DNA of 64,000 nt from Basidiobolus meristosporus CBS 931.73. Its lineage: Eukaryota; Fungi; Basidiobolomycota. The stretch covers positions 4,396 to 68,395 of the forward strand of contig MCFE01000479.1 in the NCBI GenBank assembly GCA_002104905.1. The letters are read 5' to 3'. The notes under the pieces are model-generated. The model ran no database searches. It was not told the origin of the DNA and was given only the letters and a program-made list of their open reading frames with translations. Below, one piece after another: positions 61,074-64,000 of the stretch. Numbering within the stretch: the stretch's first letter is position 1; every line of letters begins with the position of its first letter. The translations under genes and the position numbers were made by a program.

Positions 61074-64000
61074 CAAGCTATCACTCTCTGCAATGTCTAC
61101 TACTGCTATTGCTGGAATTTTTCCCTCTGCTGAAAAGTTGGATGGATCTAACTACCAAGTGTGGAAGGTGAAGATGAAGATGCTGCTACAAGAAAGAGGC
61201 CTTTGGGATATTGTCATGGGAGAAGAATGCCCTCCTAAAAACGTGGGAGAGGAAGCCTTAAAGTACCAGAAGAAAGAACAAAGTGCCTTTAACTGCATTT
61301 GCCTTAATGTCAAGGACAAATTGCTAATTCAATGCTCAAGAGCAAAAACGGCAAAGAATGCCTGGAAGGCATTAGAAGACACCTACCAGTCATGTTCAGC
61401 TGCCAAGAAAATGTATCTGAGATGAAAATTCTTTGCTACAAAGATGCTGCCAGGAGAAGAAATGAAAAATCTAATTAACAGAATTACCCTGCTGGTAGAT
61501 GAGATGGAATCTGTGGGTGTACCAACTACTGATGAGGATGTGATAGTTACCATCCTGAATAGCCTGACAGACGAGTTTCAGGGCCTAGTATCAGCCCTAG
61601 AGTCCAGAACTGAAGATTTGACCTTAAATTACGTATATGGAAGGCTCCTGGATGAAGAATTAAGAAAATCAAGTGCCAATAAGAAGGAAGAAGAAAATGC
61701 TTTAATAAGCAATGATAACCAACAAAAGAGGTACCCAAGACCCTACAAAGGCAACAACAACCTATTTTGCAACTACTGCAAAAGGAAAGGACACACATCA
61801 GACCGGTGTCTCAAAAAGAGAGATTATCAGCAAAAGAAGCCTGAATATGGAAATGCTGCAACAACTGAAGATAGACTATTCATATCTGCACTAAATATGA
61901 CCACAAACAAGGATTCTCAGATGTGGTATATTGACTCTGGAGCTTCTCAACACTTTACACACCAAAAAGAACTTGTTACCCAATATTGAGAAATTCCAAT
62001 TAAGAAGGTTTTCATGGGTGACAATAGAATACTTGATGCAGTGGGAGAAGGAACTATCCAAGTAAATATAAGAAGCAGTGAAGGAAGCCATAAACTGACC
62101 TTTAAAGAAGTACTCTATGTACCAGAAATAGCCAAGAACCTACTCTCTGTATGCAAGGCCACAGCAGAAGGACTCAGTTTCAGTTTTGACAATTCTGGAT
62201 GCAGGATCACTGATCAAAATGGTGCCCATATTGCTTCAGGCATCAGAGATCAGAATCTATACAAGTTGACTTATATTCCATCATATTTGGAAGCCAATAT
62301 AAGTAACTTAAATGAAGAAACACCAATGCTTTGGCACAGGAGATTTGGACACATCAATTTTGATTATTTGCGTAAAATGATCAAAGATCAGCTAATTTCT
62401 GGAGTGAAAATTGATCCCCCAGCTAATTTGGAGCACTGTGAAGCCTGCATATATGGGAACCAAGCCAGACAACCGTTCAAGAGCTCTGGGTTAATCAAAA
62501 CTAAGAAAAAATTAGATCTAATTCACTCAGATCTGTGTGGACCTATGCAAAATTTATCCTTAGGCGGGATGAAGTATTTAATCACTTTTATTGATGATTA
62601 TACAAGATACACATGGGTCTACTTCATGGAGAAAAAGGAAGAAGCTCTGTCTAAGTTCAGGGAGTTTAAAGCCATGGTGGAAAGAGAAACTGGTGAAAAA
62701 ATCAAGAAAATACGCTCTGACAATGGTGGAGAATATACCTCAAAACTCTTCATCCACTTCTGCAAAATTCAGGGGATAAAGCAAGAGACTACTGCACCAT
62801 ACTCCCAACAGCAAAATGGAGTAGCAGAACAAGCTAACAGATCAATAATTGATATGGCAAGATCTATGATCCATGATCAATAATTATCCTATGATTTTTG
62901 GGTGGAATCAGTTGCCACTGCTGTATATCTTAACGATAGGAGTTATAACAGAATACTTCGTGATTCTACTCCATGTGAAGCATGGTATGGATATAGACCA
63001 AGTGCAGAACATCTAAGAATATTTGGGTGTACAGCCTATGCCAAAAAACTGGCCGGAAATCAGTCAAAATTTGAGCCAAAAAGTGTAAAATGCATATTTT
63101 TGGGCTACTGCAAAGAGAGTAAGGCATACAGACTCTACAATACCAAAGCAAAGAAGCTTATCAAGTCCAGGGATGTGTTATTTGTTGAAAATTCAAAATT
63201 TTCACAAAAAATGACATCAGATGATGACAAAAATTTGATCTCAAGTCCACCAATTGTCGGGATTGAATCAGAGCAAAACAATGAAAATTTTTTCACTCCA
63301 GAGGACTCTACAACCGTGGTTCAGCCAGAATCAGTGCCCAGGAATATCCCAGAAGTGATCATTCCAGTATCAAATGCCTGGAGATCAAATTGGACAAGAA
63401 ATAGCCCAAATTACTATATCAATGAGGGTACTAACTTAGCCTATGCCTATTCAGTCCATATTGATGAGCCCCAGACTGTAAAAGAGGCCCTAAATAGCCC
63501 TCAGACAAAGTTTTGGAGATCTGCAATGACTGAGGAATATCAGGCACTGATGGAAAATCAAACTTGGGACTTAGTCAAATTACCAATCAATCAAAAATCA
63601 ATTGGATGCAGATGGGTCTTCAAGACAAAATACAAGGCTGATGGTACAATTGAAAGATACAAAGCAAGACTTGTAGCCAAAGGAAACTCTCAAACAAAAG
63701 GACCTGACTATACTGAGACCTTTGCACCGGTAGCCAAGTTTAATTCCATCAGATTTATATTGGCTATTGCAGCCAAATATAAGTTTTTTATTCATCAAAT
63801 GGATGTAAAAACTGCATTTTTGAATGGAGAACTTGATGAGGACGTGTATATGGACCAGCCTGATGGGTTTGTTGACCAAGATAACCCCCATTTGGTCTGC
63901 AAGCTTAAAAAGTCACTATATGGTCTCAAACAATCACCAAGAGCCTGGAATTGCAAGATAGATTCTTATTTGGAATCCTTGAGTTTCAAAAGAGTAATGC

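Larger units (their letters stand above)
60730..64000 (+). mobile_element. Second copy of the same Ty1/copia family, decayed, truncated by the window end
   Basis: LTR, PBS, then gag-PR-IN-RT closely similar to element 1; in-frame stops at 61423-61425, 61987-61989 and 62881-62883; left flank ATATT is the predicted TSD. Confidence 0.95.

Overview
Fungal genomic DNA. Short 53-62 bp GT-AG introns with CTAAC/GCTAA branch sites and the gene families present suggest an early-diverging fungus (inference; no taxonomic marker seen). The layout is a gene-rich core (~13.2-58.4 kb) between two AT-rich, CpG-poor transposon blocks. The left block holds a decayed En/Spm (CACTA) Tnp2 transposase, a complete 4,685-bp Ty1/copia element (349-bp LTRs, CTTTT TSD, Ty5-type PBS) and tandemly duplicated accessory ORFs. 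The right block holds a second, more decayed copy of the same copia family, cut off by the window end. Core genes: HAM1/DUF4449-like protein, two Git3/cAMP-receptor-like GPCRs (one with a His-rich repeat ectodomain), a secreted multicopper oxidase, a DUF2045 protein, a small mitochondrial-looking triple-repeat protein, a PsiK/APH-family kinase, an HSL-type hydrolase, a stand-alone WRN-type exonuclease, an SCP2 protein, class III ADH (SFA1), a CFEM-like GPI protein, a homeobox protein and a tandem-PAS protein. The most striking gene is an ~8.7-kb multi-exon gene for a ~2,500-aa VLIG/GBP-type giant GTPase fused to a Cys/His-rich array and a C-terminal VWA domain, a candidate cell-autonomous immunity protein. 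All alignments and splice models were done by eye; no searches were run.
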